NCBI GenBank assembly: GCA_963764725.1
Contig: CAVXTM010000001.1
Coordinates: forward strand, 32,001 to 96,000
Source: an uncultured Gammaproteobacteria bacterium
GTDB lineage: Bacteria > Pseudomonadota > Gammaproteobacteria > JACCXJ01
Length of the DNA: 64,000 bases
Direction: 5' to 3'
Shown: positions 9,684-19,570 of the stretch, piece after piece
How positions within the stretch are numbered: the stretch's first letter is position 1
Layout of the letters: each line of letters begins with the position of its first letter
The notes under the pieces: generated by a model
Databases searched by the model: none
What the model was told of the DNA's origin: nothing
Seen by the model: only the letters and a program-made list of their open reading frames with translations
Made by a program: the position numbers and the translations under genes

Positions 9684-10944
9684 CTAGTATAACGATTCTA
9701 TAAAACATTTACTTTTATGAGTAGCGGTGTCATCCTGGCTTCCCAGGCTTATCCATGGTCTGGGAGGGTGATGATGGCGGGAAAGACAAGGCGGGCGGCG
9801 CTGGAGGTTTCGGCAGATGAACGCAAGAGGTTGGAGCGTTTGCGGGATTCGCGCAAGGCGCCGAAGCGGGAAGTCGAACGCGCGGCGATCCTGCTGCGCT
9901 ACGCCGTGGGTGAGGGTCCGGCGGCGATCCAACAGGCGTTGGGGGTGAGCCGGCCGACTATTTACAAATGCATCGACAAGGCGCTGGCGGCCGGGGTGGA
10001 CGCTGGACTGAAAGATCACTACCACCGCCCCAAGGAGCCGCTGATTACACAGCAGGCGAAGGCGTGGGTGTTGAATATAGCGTGCACGAAGCCCACCGAT
10101 CATGGCTTGGCGGCGGAGTTGTGGACGCTCTCCGCGCTCGCCCGCTATACCCGCGAGCACGCCCCTGTCGCGGGGCATGGGAGCCTGGCGCAGGCGGGCA
10201 AGGCCACGATCTGGCGCATCCTGCACGCTGCTGAGATCAAACCCCATAAGGTGGAGTACTACCTGGAGCGCCGCGATGCGCAGTTTGAAGAGAAAATGTG
10301 CGAGGTGTTGATGGTCTACCAGGAAGTCGCCCTTGCCAATGCCGCGCAGGCCTTGGGCGAGGACGCCGGTTCGGTCATTACCGTCAGCGTGGACGAGAAA
10401 CCGGGCGTTCAGGCGATCGAGACTACCGCGCCCGATTTGCCGCCGGTGCCAGGGCAGCACGGCACCTGGAGTCGGGACCACGAGTACCAGCGCCATGGAA
10501 CCCTGTCCATTCTCGCGGCCGTTGACTTGCACACCGGCGAAGTCATCGCACAAGTTCATCCGCGCCACCGTAGCCGCGAGTTCATCCTGCTGCTCAAGGA
10601 ACTCGATGAGCACTACCCGAAGGCGTGCACCATTCGCGTGATCCTGGACAACCATTCAGCGCATATCTCCAAGGAAACCATGGCCTACCTCGCTTCTCGG
10701 CCCAACCGGTTCATCTACGTCCATACGCCTAAGCATGGCTCTTGGCTGAACCTGATCGAAACCGTGTTCGGAAAAATGGCCCGTACGTTCCTCAAGGCTA
10801 TACGCGTCAAGTCTCGCGAGGAACTTAAGAAGCGCATCTTGCAAGGTGTGCATGAGATGAATCTCGCCCCAGTCGTTGTGCGCTGGACGAAGTTCGATCT
10901 GGGGCTGGCATAACAGTAAGCTAATTGATGAATCGTTATACTAG
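9684..10944 (+). mobile_element. Complete IS630-family insertion sequence (1261 bp)
   Basis: Terminal inverted repeats CTAGTATAACGATTC (9684-9698) and GAATCGTTATACTAG (10930-10944), each flanked by TA. Confidence 0.92.
9717..10913 (+). CDS. IS630-family transposase
   Basis: HTH region followed by DDE motifs VDEK, LDNHSAH and SWLNLIE; ORF is uninterrupted. Confidence 0.95.
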   Translation: MSSGVILASQAYPWSGRVMMAGKTRRAALEVSADERKRLERLRDSRKAPKREVERAAILLRYAVGEGPAAIQQALGVSRPTIYKCIDKALAAGVDAGLKDHYHRPKEPLITQQAKAWVLNIACTKPTDHGLAAELWTLSALARYTREHAPVAGHGSLAQAGKATIWRILHAAEIKPHKVEYYLERRDAQFEEKMCEVLMVYQEVALANAAQALGEDAGSVITVSVDEKPGVQAIETTAPDLPPVPGQHGTWSRDHEYQRHGTLSILAAVDLHTGEVIAQVHPRHRSREFILLLKELDEHYPKACTIRVILDNHSAHISKETMAYLASRPNRFIYVHTPKHGSWLNLIETVFGKMARTFLKAIRVKSREELKKRILQGVHEMNLAPVVVRWTKFDLGLA

Positions 10945-11459
10945 TATCCTGCGGAGCTTCGAACTGCCCGTCATCTGTCGGTACTTTCCGGAGTACGAAA
11001 CGACGATTAAAAAAATGCTCGGCTAGCTTGGTCGCCACCGAGCATCACCAACGCCATTAATAGCGATTATAGCTTTTTGTGTCCATGCCGCTTTTCTCCT
11101 CAACACTCATCTCAACGTTTTTCATAGGTTACCGTTACTGTCCATTGATTCTGCGCTCTGGTTGAACTGCCTGTGAAAGATCCGTTGAAGTAGGTGACTT
11201 GGCGGTCTTTCTGAATAAACGCCAACTCAACCAGACATCATTTCAAAATTGCGTTGGCCATGCTATAAGCGCGTAACGTGCCGTGCGGTTAATCCCCTAA
11301 TAGCTTGTTCCGTAAGCCTTGCTGCCACTCTCCACGCGTGGCGCCGATTTCGCCTATTACAGGATTCATAAAACGGCCAGCCCAGACGAGGCTACCCCTA
11401 GGTGCGAAGGCCAAAACGAGTACGTGACCTAGACGCCGACGTCGGGGGGCCTGCCCTCA

Positions 11460-11690
11460 TGTCACGCCCCGTATGCAGCAACTGCTCCTTTGGTGAGGAC
11501 CTCGTCGCCTCGCCTCTAGTAATGCCACCCGAAGATCCGCGTCATTACGATGGCGTCTGTCGGGCATGCCTCCTCGCAGAAGCCACAGTAAACGCGCTTG
11601 AACAAGTCGATGTCGTATTGTGTCGTGCGCCGAGTGGCGTCTACCCGCTCCTGGGACTCCATCGTAATGGCCACTGCGGGACACAGTCAC
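11460..11690 (-). pseudogene. nuoI: nuoI (NADH dehydrogenase subunit I) fragment, inverted copy
   Basis: [13 protein letters not shown]...[23 protein letters not shown], with a stop and frameshifts; close DNA match to 15240-15460. Confidence 0.8.
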
Positions 11691-12012
11691 GCTGGGTTCG
11701 TTCCTCAACCCAACTATGCGGGCTCAAAGTATAGTGCTGCCCCTTCGTCCTGTACTAGAGAAATAGATAGCATAAGTGGGCCCAATGTGCTACATTGCCA
11801 ATGCCCAACGTGTTTTCTAGCTAGGGCATTTGGTGACTTCCCTCCCGAATGCAGCGCGCTTCTATCCACCGCTTCCTTCCTGAAGTTCTCGCCCAATACC
11901 CAGCGCTCCAACTGGAGCCAAACATGGATGGTAATCCCTCTGACTAGATGATAGTCGGAGGAACTTTCGAGAATACTGCGTCCGCTATTGAGGCGGGCAT
12001 GGAGCTATAGAA

Positions 12013-12306
12013 ATGTCCACGAATATCTATGTTGGAAATCTCTCTCCCCGTACTACCCAAGATGAGGTTCGTAATCTGTTTACACCGTATGGCGAAGTTG
12101 ACTCAGTCAACCTCATCACGGACCGATACTCCGGTGATTCCCGCGGTTTTGGCTTCGTCATAATGACCGACACGGGCGCTACGCAGGCTATCGCCGGTCT
12201 CGATAGGAAGTCTGTGGATGGCCAAAACATAAAAGTTAACGAGGCGAGATCACGCCAACAACGAGTCACGCAGGGCGCAAGCGCCGAGGCGGGGAGCCCA
12301 CGATAG
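12013..12306 (+). CDS. RRM-domain RNA-binding protein
   Basis: RNP2 IYVGNL and RNP1 RGFGFV; GGAG RBS. Confidence 0.93.
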   Translation: MSTNIYVGNLSPRTTQDEVRNLFTPYGEVDSVNLITDRYSGDSRGFGFVIMTDTGATQAIAGLDRKSVDGQNIKVNEARSRQQRVTQGASAEAGSPR

Positions 12307-12312
12307 CCGCGT

Positions 12313-12455
12313 TGTCAACGATGATTGAAAATTGACCCACTTTTTAGAAAACGGCGATCTAATTTTGATCCACTAGATTGTGGGGTTATTGGGAGTGTAT
12401 GTAAAACACCGGCGTTGCGTTTATCTTTTAGTCGATAGCTCTCTCCTTGGATGTG
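12313..12455 (-). mobile_element. IS21-family end with istB C-terminal remnant
   Basis: Terminus TGTCAACG with internal repeats (AAAATTGACCCACT / ATTTTGATCCACT); peptide IQGESYRLKDKRNAG. Confidence 0.8.
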
Positions 12456-12607
12456 TGCGAGAGGGGCTTGGACCGCCGCGGACCTCAGATAGGTTGCAAC
12501 GGTCTCCATCAGGTGACCCGCCTGCTCATGCCGCTTTCCCAGGAAACCGCGTAGTCGCCAATAGAGTTCCTCCCGTTATCGTCGGCTTCATGCCACAAGG
12601 ACTCTAA

Positions 12608-14872
12608 ATGCTTGGCACCCTGCAACACATCGTGCAACAGGTCAATGAGGCGGCCAACCTCGACGAGGCCCTCGCCATCATCGTGCACCGGGTCAAGGAA
12701 GCAATGGCTGTTGATGCATGCTCGGTCTGTATAAAAAACGCAACCGCCGATCACTATGTCCTGATGGCGTCCGACGGCCTCAATCCTGAGTCCGTCGGCA
12801 AAGTCCAATTGGCCGCTAACGAGGGTCTCGTCGGACTGATTGCAGCCCGCCAGGAACTGGTCAATCTAGAAAACGCCGCTGATCATCCAGCCTACCGCTA
12901 TGTTCCTGAGACGGGGGAAGAACGCTACCACAGCTTCCTCGGTGTTCCCCTGGTGCATTTTCGTAAGGTGGTGGGCGTGCTCTACATCCAGCGGCACACA
13001 CGACAGATGTTCGGCCAGGACGAGGTGGCCTTTCTCGTCACCATTGCGGCTCAGCTTGCGGGTGCCCTGAACTCCGCAGCGCCGGACGGCGTTATCACCG
13101 TCTTGCAGAACGATAGGCCCCATAGTGTTAGTTTCAACCAGGGATTGCCCGGTGCGCCCGGGATCGCCATCGGGACGATCGTTCTGCCCTCGCCGTTCGC
13201 GAGCCTCGAGTCGGTCTCGGATCGCGCGCTTCAAGACCTTGTCGTGGAAGAGGCGGCCTTTCGAGAGGCCGTCAGCGCCGTGCAAGAGGAGCTACGCAAC
13301 AGCGCAGAGCTCATGGCGACCCGACTCCCCAGTGAGGCACGTGCCATTTTCGATGTCTATGCGCTGATGTTAGGCAGTGACAGTCTGGTGGAGAAGACGG
13401 TCGCGCGGATCCGGGCTGGCAATTGGGCACCTGGCGCGCTGCGCGACACGATCGCAGAGCATGCGAGGGCTTTCGATCAGATGGAAGACCTCTATCTCCG
13501 GGGCCGGGCCGAGGACGTTCGCGCCATTGGTCGTCGTATCCTCATGTACTTGCAATCCGATGCGCGCGAACCGCGCGCGTACCCGGAAAACAGTATCTTG
13601 CTGGGTGTTGAGGTCAGTCTCGCGCGTATCGCCGAGGTCCCGGCGAACCGACTGGCAGGTGTCGTCTGCCTGCGCGGCTCGGTGCTCTCCCATATTGCGA
13701 TCATCGCCAAGGCTCTGGGCATTCCTGCCGTCATGGATCTAGGGCATCTCCCGATTGGAAACCTGGAGGGTCATCCGATCGTGGTCGACGGCTATCAAGG
13801 GCGGGTGTTTATCGATCCTTCCCCGATAGTCATCGAGGAATTTGAGCGGCTCGTTCACGCGGAGAAGGAACGCACCGTCGAACTGAGGAAATTGCGTGAC
13901 TTGCCTGCGGAAACACTGGACGGGGTGAAGGTGACGCTGAACGTCAATATCGGGCTCATATCCGAGACCAACGAGGTGGAGGAAAGTGGCGCAGACGACG
14001 TAGGGCTATACCGTACCGAGTTCACGTTTATGGTGCGTCACGCCTTTCCCGTGGAGGATGAGCAATACCACGTCTACCGCCAGATACTGGAATCCTTTGC
14101 CCCAAAACCAGTGACCATGCGCACCTTGGACGTGGGTGGGGACAAGCCCTTGCCCTACTATCCTATAAAGGAAGACAACCCGTCTTTGGGCTGGCGAGGG
14201 GTCCGCTTTACCCTGGATCATCCCGAGATCTTCTTAATCCAGCTTCGGGCCCTGCTACGGGCCAATGCGGGGCTCAACAACCTGCGCCTCCTTTTCCCTA
14301 TGGTAAGCCAAGTCCATGAGGTCAAGGAGGCCCGGGCACTACTGGCTCGGGCCCACCGTGAGCACCTCGAGGAAAGGAGAGACTCCGCCATGCCGCCGGT
14401 GGGTATGATGATCGAGGTGCCTTCGACCGTCTACCAGGTTCCGGCACTCGCCAGGTACGTTGATTTCTTCTCCATCGGGACTAATGATCTTACCCAACAC
14501 CTGCTTGCCGTAGACAGAAACAACCCGAATGTGGCGAGGCTTTACGATAGCCTGCACCCGGCGGTGCTGAGGGCGTTGCGCGCCGTTACCAGGATCGCCC
14601 GACGGTATGGTAAACCCGTGAGCGTCTGTGGCGAGATGGCGGGTGATCCGGCTGCCATGATCTTGCTGCTCGGGATGGGCATTGATACGTTCAGTATGAG
14701 CGCAGGGAGTATCCCACGGATTAAATGGGCGATCCGCAGTATTACCCGCAGGCATGCGAAAGCGGTTCTCCGGGAGGCGCTGCAGATGGACAACGCCCGG
14801 GATATCCGCCAGATGCTGAACAGCGAGCTCGAACAGGCGGGCCTCGGCGGGCTTATTCGGCCGGGTAAATAA
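12608..14872 (+). CDS. ptsP: PEP-protein phosphotransferase EI-Ntr (GAF + EI)
   Basis: N-terminal GAF domain, phospho-His motif GSVLSHIAI, GLYRTEF, FSIGTNDLTQ and CGEMAGDP. Confidence 0.95.
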   Translation: MLGTLQHIVQQVNEAANLDEALAIIVHRVKEAMAVDACSVCIKNATADHYVLMASDGLNPESVGKVQLAANEGLVGLIAARQELVNLENAADHPAYRYVPETGEERYHSFLGVPLVHFRKVVGVLYIQRHTRQMFGQDEVAFLVTIAAQLAGALNSAAPDGVITVLQNDRPHSVSFNQGLPGAPGIAIGTIVLPSPFASLESVSDRALQDLVVEEAAFREAVSAVQEELRNSAELMATRLPSEARAIFDVYALMLGSDSLVEKTVARIRAGNWAPGALRDTIAEHARAFDQMEDLYLRGRAEDVRAIGRRILMYLQSDAREPRAYPENSILLGVEVSLARIAEVPANRLAGVVCLRGSVLSHIAIIAKALGIPAVMDLGHLPIGNLEGHPIVVDGYQGRVFIDPSPIVIEEFERLVHAEKERTVELRKLRDLPAETLDGVKVTLNVNIGLISETNEVEESGADDVGLYRTEFTFMVRHAFPVEDEQYHVYRQILESFAPKPVTMRTLDVGGDKPLPYYPIKEDNPSLGWRGVRFTLDHPEIFLIQLRALLRANAGLNNLRLLFPMVSQVHEVKEARALLARAHREHLEERRDSAMPPVGMMIEVPSTVYQVPALARYVDFFSIGTNDLTQHLLAVDRNNPNVARLYDSLHPAVLRALRAVTRIARRYGKPVSVCGEMAGDPAAMILLLGMGIDTFSMSAGSIPRIKWAIRSITRRHAKAVLREALQMDNARDIRQMLNSELEQAGLGGLIRPGK

Positions 14873-15016
14873 AATGATCCCGGTTGCCAAACGGGTCGTG
14901 GCCGTGAGCGATTGCGGGTGTTCCGGAAGTTGCGCTGATCTCGGTCGGGTCAAGGCGTTTAGGATCCCGCAAAAATGTCGGCGGTTCACGAGCACCATCG
15001 ACGCAGAGGGTAGGTC

Positions 15017-15514
15017 ATGTCTAAGCTAGCACTGAAGATCCAACGCTACTGCAAGAGCTTGCTGCTCTTGGAGCTTCTTAAAGAGCTCGCGCTCACGGGG
15101 CGACACTTGCAGGAAGAAGATCACGATTTTCTATCCGGAGGAAAAGACGCCACAATCGGGACGGTTTCGAGGCCTCCATGCGCTGCGGCGCTATCCGAAT
15201 GGAGAAGAGCGGTGTATCGCCTGCAAGCTCTGTGAGGCCGTGTGCCCCGCAGTAGCCATTACGATCGACTCTGAGGAGAGGGCAGACAGAACTCGGCCAC
15301 GACACGATACGACATCGACTTGTTCAAGCGTGTTTACTGTGGCTTCTGCGAGGAGGCATGCCCGACAGATGCCATCGTGCAGACACGGATTTTCGAGTGG
15401 CATTACGAGAAGCGAGGCGACGAGGTCATCGGCAAGGAGCGCTTGCTGGCGATCGGCGACCGCATGGAAGCAGAGATCGCAGCGAACCGTGCGTTGGATG
15501 CACCCTATCGGTGA
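15017..15514 (+). pseudogene. nuoI: nuoI, near full length with two frameshifts
   Basis: [43 protein letters not shown]...[14 protein letters not shown]...ALDAPYR. Confidence 0.88.
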
Positions 15515-15571
15515 CAGCTCCACATCTGCTCAGCTGTCAGCGGACGTGGCTAAAGCTCGGAGAAGAGGTTT

Positions 15572-15757
15572 ATGGTGGAGCACAAGATAGAGATGAGAAA
15601 TTCTAGACAACTCTCACCCACGGATAACCTTGAGGCGCAGGACTCGTTGGAAGTGGATAAAGCACTCGATGAGGCACTGGAATTGACGTTTCCCGCGAGC
15701 GATCCGATTGCTGTGTCGCCCGGCGCACCGCATCAAACTCCGGCCTCTCTTGGCTGA
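15572..15757 (+). CDS. Small conserved hypothetical protein (DEALxxTFPASDP motif)
   Basis: GAGG RBS; the [17 protein letters not shown] motif is typical of a widespread small-protein family. Confidence 0.6.
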   Translation: MVEHKIEMRNSRQLSPTDNLEAQDSLEVDKALDEALELTFPASDPIAVSPGAPHQTPASLG

Positions 15758-15777
15758 ACCAGCCCTTTCGGCTGCCG

Positions 15778-16917
15778 GTGTCTCAATACCATCGCCAAGC
15801 TCCGTTGAAAGAGAGAAACCTGCGTGGGGCACGTCCTCCCAGCTCGCTACCCATTTCGGTGCCGCTCATTGTCCTGATTTTGTTGGCGGGGATCGGCCTG
15901 TGGACGTCTTACTACACGATTCCGGCCGAGTCAGAGGGCGTTGTGCTCCGATTCGGAAAGTACATCGATAAGGTCCCGCCAGGTCTGCATTTTAAACTCC
16001 CGTTCGGAATCGACGCCGTCATCGCGGTACCGATCCAGCGGCAGTTGAAACAGGAGTTCGGCTTCGCCACCCCCGACGCCACCCATCCGGATCAGGTGGG
16101 GGCCGAACCAGCAAAAGAACAATCCATGGTCACGGGAGACCTCAATTCCGTGCTGGTCGAGTGGATCGTGCAATACCGTATCACCGACTCGGAGAAATAC
16201 TGGTTCGCGGTGCGCGAGCCGGGCCAAACGCTACGCGATATCTCCGAGTCCGTCATGCGGGAGGCGGTCGGGGATCGGACGGTCGACGAAGTCATCACGG
16301 TGGGGCGGCAAGATATTGAGACTACCGCCCTCAACCGGATGCGCGAGATGGCGGAGCGCTATCATCTGGGCGTATCTGTCGACCAGGTGCAGTTGAAGAA
16401 CGTAAATCCGCCCGAGCCCGTACAAGCCTCCTTTAATGAGGTGAACCGGGCGCAGCAGGACCGGGAGAATTTTATCAACGTGGCCAACGGTGAGTACAAC
16501 AAGGCCGTGCCCCGTGTGCGCGGGGAGGCGGACCAGAAAATACGCGCGGCCGAGGGCTTGCTCGAACGCATCCACCAGCGCATGATCAGCGAGCGGCTAC
16601 AGATCGTGCAGCGATTCCGTTCCGAAGGAGCGGGCGAGGCCGCGCGGATCTCCGGGAAGAAGGAACGCGACATTAACGAGATCGTGTCCACGGCCTACAA
16701 GCGGGTGCAGGAGATCCGTGGAGAGGCGGACGCCAAGGCCACGGAGATCTACGCTAAAGCTTACACGCAGCGGCCTGAAGCGGCCGACTTCTACAGGTTT
16801 CTGAAGAGCATGGCAACCTATCGCAAGGTCATCACCAACGACGCCACGATCGTCCTCTCAACCAACAGCGATCTCTTCGCACTGCTCAGGCGCATTGAGC
16901 CGAAGAGCCGAGACTAG
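15778..16917 (+). CDS. Chimeric HflK(N-terminal)-HflC(C-terminal) SPFH protein
   Basis: HflK-like up to QKIRAAEG, then HflC-like RMISER...FRSEG.GEA...IRGEADAKATEIYAKAY...FYRFLKSM. Confidence 0.8.
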   Translation: MSQYHRQAPLKERNLRGARPPSSLPISVPLIVLILLAGIGLWTSYYTIPAESEGVVLRFGKYIDKVPPGLHFKLPFGIDAVIAVPIQRQLKQEFGFATPDATHPDQVGAEPAKEQSMVTGDLNSVLVEWIVQYRITDSEKYWFAVREPGQTLRDISESVMREAVGDRTVDEVITVGRQDIETTALNRMREMAERYHLGVSVDQVQLKNVNPPEPVQASFNEVNRAQQDRENFINVANGEYNKAVPRVRGEADQKIRAAEGLLERIHQRMISERLQIVQRFRSEGAGEAARISGKKERDINEIVSTAYKRVQEIRGEADAKATEIYAKAYTQRPEAADFYRFLKSMATYRKVITNDATIVLSTNSDLFALLRRIEPKSRD

Positions 16918-16935
16918 ATGCCTAGTTGTGTGCAT

Positions 16936-17820
16936 TAAGGAACCTCTGAACAAGAAATCAAGAATGGTTGCGCGGCGTGCATACGAATCGATTTCAGACG
17001 GAAACGCGGCCGGGAGGCCCGTTTTTCATCGTTCAGGGGCCATTTTCGCGCCGTTTACCATGCTGCAGACATACTACGCCCCCGACAGTCGCCACAGCCG
17101 CCGGCGCATCAGGTACAGATTGGTCAGCGCACAGGTGACGAACAGGCGGTGTGCGCTCCATCCTCAGGGCGCCAAGCAGGCCCATCCTTGGGCCTGGCTC
17201 TCTTCGCCAACCCCTTGTAGCGGGTCTTCACGAAGCCGAAGATACGCTTAATGATGAGAAAGGGGTGCTCGACCTTGGCGCGCACGCTGGACTTGGTTTT
17301 GTTCTTCGCCCGTTGGATAACGGTAACGTCGATGGGTGAAATCGGTGGCCTTCGGTGCGTGCTTGCGTATGACCTCACTCTGCCCCTGATAGGCCGAGTC
17401 GCCCCAGACGCATGTCTCCTCCCCGTGCAAGAGATCGGGCAGACACACCGAGTCGTGCACATGGGCCGGGGTGGCGACCACCGCGTGGATGAGCTTGGTT
17501 TGACTGTCCACACCGATGTGCGCTTCATCCCGAAATACCACTGATTGCCTTTCTTGGTCGGATGCATGTCCGGGTCACGGCACTTGTCTTTGTTCTTGGT
17601 CGAGGGCGGGGCGCTGATAATCGTGGCATCGACAATCGTGCCGGTGCCAATCTTGATGCCCTGGCGCTCCAAGTACCCATGCACCTGCTCGAACAGCTTC
17701 TCACCCAGCCCATGTGCCTCCAACAAATGGCGGAAGCGCAGCACCGTGGACTCATCGGGCACCGGCATCTCCCCCAAGTCGATGCCCGCAAACCGGCGCA
17801 TCGACACCGAGTCGTACAGG
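16936..17820 (-). mobile_element. IS5-family transposase remnant (frameshifted, internally deleted)
   Basis: VPDESTVLRFRHLLE, IVDATII, KKGNQWYFGMK/AHIGVD and VRAKVEHPF; left boundary approximate. Confidence 0.85.
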
Positions 17821-18111
17821 GTCAAGGTCATACGACTGCCTCCGCGATCGCCGAATTTGAATGCCTACGCCGAGCGCTTCGTACGTTCAATCAAGGACGA
17901 ATTAATCTATCGCATGATCTTCTTCGGCGAGGTCTCGCTGCGTCGGGCATTCAAAGAATACATGGCTCATTATCACACCGAACGGAATCATCAGGGCATG
18001 GGAAATCGACTGATCGCGCCCTCGAATGTGGTTGCACTCAGACAGGGAGTCGTTCAACACCGTGATCGGCTCGGTGGAATGTTGCGCTACTACCATCGGG
18101 AAGCCGCGTAA
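17818..18111 (+). mobile_element. Integrase-core transposase C-terminal remnant abutting the IS5 remnant
   Basis: VIRLPPRSPNLNAYAERFVRSIK...HYHTERNHQG...RLGGMLRYY. Confidence 0.8.
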
Positions 18112-18224
18112 ACTGGCCCCGTCATAAATTTGGACAATACGGCATATGACTTTACATTTTGACATTGCGACTTTAACCCTGCTCAAATGGTGCCCTCGAC
18201 CCAAATTAAATATAAGGAGTTCTT

Positions 18225-18560
18225 ATGAAAGCGCTTTTGCTCACAGCCTTGATGATCGCCCCCTTCGCCTCCTCCGCCGCGAGCTCTTACAGCTGCGTCC
18301 TCAGAGGCAAAGCCGGCGTGAAGTATGAAACATTGCAAGAGATCATCTCCATCGAAAACGCCAACTTAGCCAGCCGCCGAGCTGAAATCGAAGCCAACTA
18401 TCGTGAAGAGATGAGCAAATTGCACTGCAATACCTGCTCTGAAGCGGCCAATCGCCTGGTCGTGGAACGCAACGGAGCCATGGCTGCCTCTGTGGACGGC
18501 TGGCGCGCCGACCTACAAGACCAATGCTCCGTTAAAGGCTGCCAAGTTATTTGCGAATAG
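18225..18560 (+). CDS. Small secreted Cys-containing hypothetical protein
   Basis: TAAGGAG RBS, signal peptide, six Cys residues. Confidence 0.65.
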   Translation: MKALLLTALMIAPFASSAASSYSCVLRGKAGVKYETLQEIISIENANLASRRAEIEANYREEMSKLHCNTCSEAANRLVVERNGAMAASVDGWRADLQDQCSVKGCQVICE

Positions 18561-18740
18561 TTATTTCTGAGCTTTCAAATTGGCGAGAACGGTCGCGACT
18601 TTGTCGGCATCTTTAACCGGATCGACTTCTTTGTCGATGGCCCGGATTTTCAATTCAGGATCGAGGATAAACGTCCACCGCTTGGACATATTCATCATTG
18701 GCATTTTGGTGCCGTAGAGCTTGATGATATCGACCTGAGC
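18561..18740 (-). pseudogene. Peroxiredoxin (BCP-like) C-terminal fragment
   Basis: IIKLYGTKMPMMNMSKRWTFILDPELKIRAIDKEVDPVKDA. Confidence 0.6.
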
Positions 18741-18804
18741 TTACACACCGTCCCCAGCCAAACGGCACCGCCCACCCAACAGCGCTGTGTCAGCGAACAG
18801 GGCA

Positions 18805-19263
18805 ACGTACCAGGCAAAGCCCTTAGTGTAGAGCGGGTTGTCGGCCAGAAAGTCCAGACGCTCGCGCTTCACCGTAGCGCACTTCCGACAGCGCACCCGC
18901 CGGATCTCCAACTCGAGCCACACGCGTGTGTCGCCGCAAGAAAGGTCCCGTACCTGCCGGACCTTCTTGTCGTACCAGCTCCGATGCACGGTCCCGCAGG
19001 CCCCGCAAATCGTTTTTTTGAGCCTCGGACGAGCGTGATGATGCGGGCCTTCGGTTCCCCGAAGACACCGCGTACGGTTGCCCGCGGACGGAAGCCTTCG
19101 AAGGCGTATGTGTCGGTGAGCCGACGGGGGCGTTTGCATTGGGTTGCCATCGCCGCAGCATGCCAGAAATCACCGCCCCTTCAACCGGACCCAACGCCTC
19201 GCCTGGCAAGCCTCGCAGCGTGATCATGACCCCTAAACTACCCACACGACTTCACGAAGACCC
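18805..19263 (-). mobile_element. ISL3-family left end and transposase 5' remnant
   Basis: Terminus GGGTCTTC; zinc finger CGACG...RQVRDL...RRVRCRKC...ERLDFLADNPLYT. Confidence 0.8.
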
Positions 19264-19570
19264 TATAAAGTTTTGTATGACCTTTTAGACAAACTTTCCT
19301 AAAAGGATACGTTGTGGCTCATTAACTTCTATATTTGTATCCAAGGTAACCTCCAACGAGTGAGGACTGGTTCACACCCTGGGGTTCAGTATCGCACTTT
19401 ACGATGGACACGACACACGCATAGTCGCTACTCACATCGGCCCGCCACGCCCAGTTTGCGATGATGCACGAGCAATGGTACTAGGATAGCGTATTATCTC
19501 ACCATCAGAGAATCTCCCTGTTCAGTGGATCACGCTCCAATATAAGCTCGAAATAAACGTCAACGACGAA

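Noticed and set aside
11050-11290. Orphan sigma54 promoter (GGCACGTTACGCGC, minus strand 11269-11282) driving a small gene
   Set aside because: The downstream frame is short and broken with no recognisable product, so the match may be chance or a relic.
6884-14872. Functional link between the MtfA-family peptidase and ptsP
   Set aside because: They are separated by pseudogenes and IS elements, and MtfA/Mlc concerns the glucose PTS rather than EI-Ntr.
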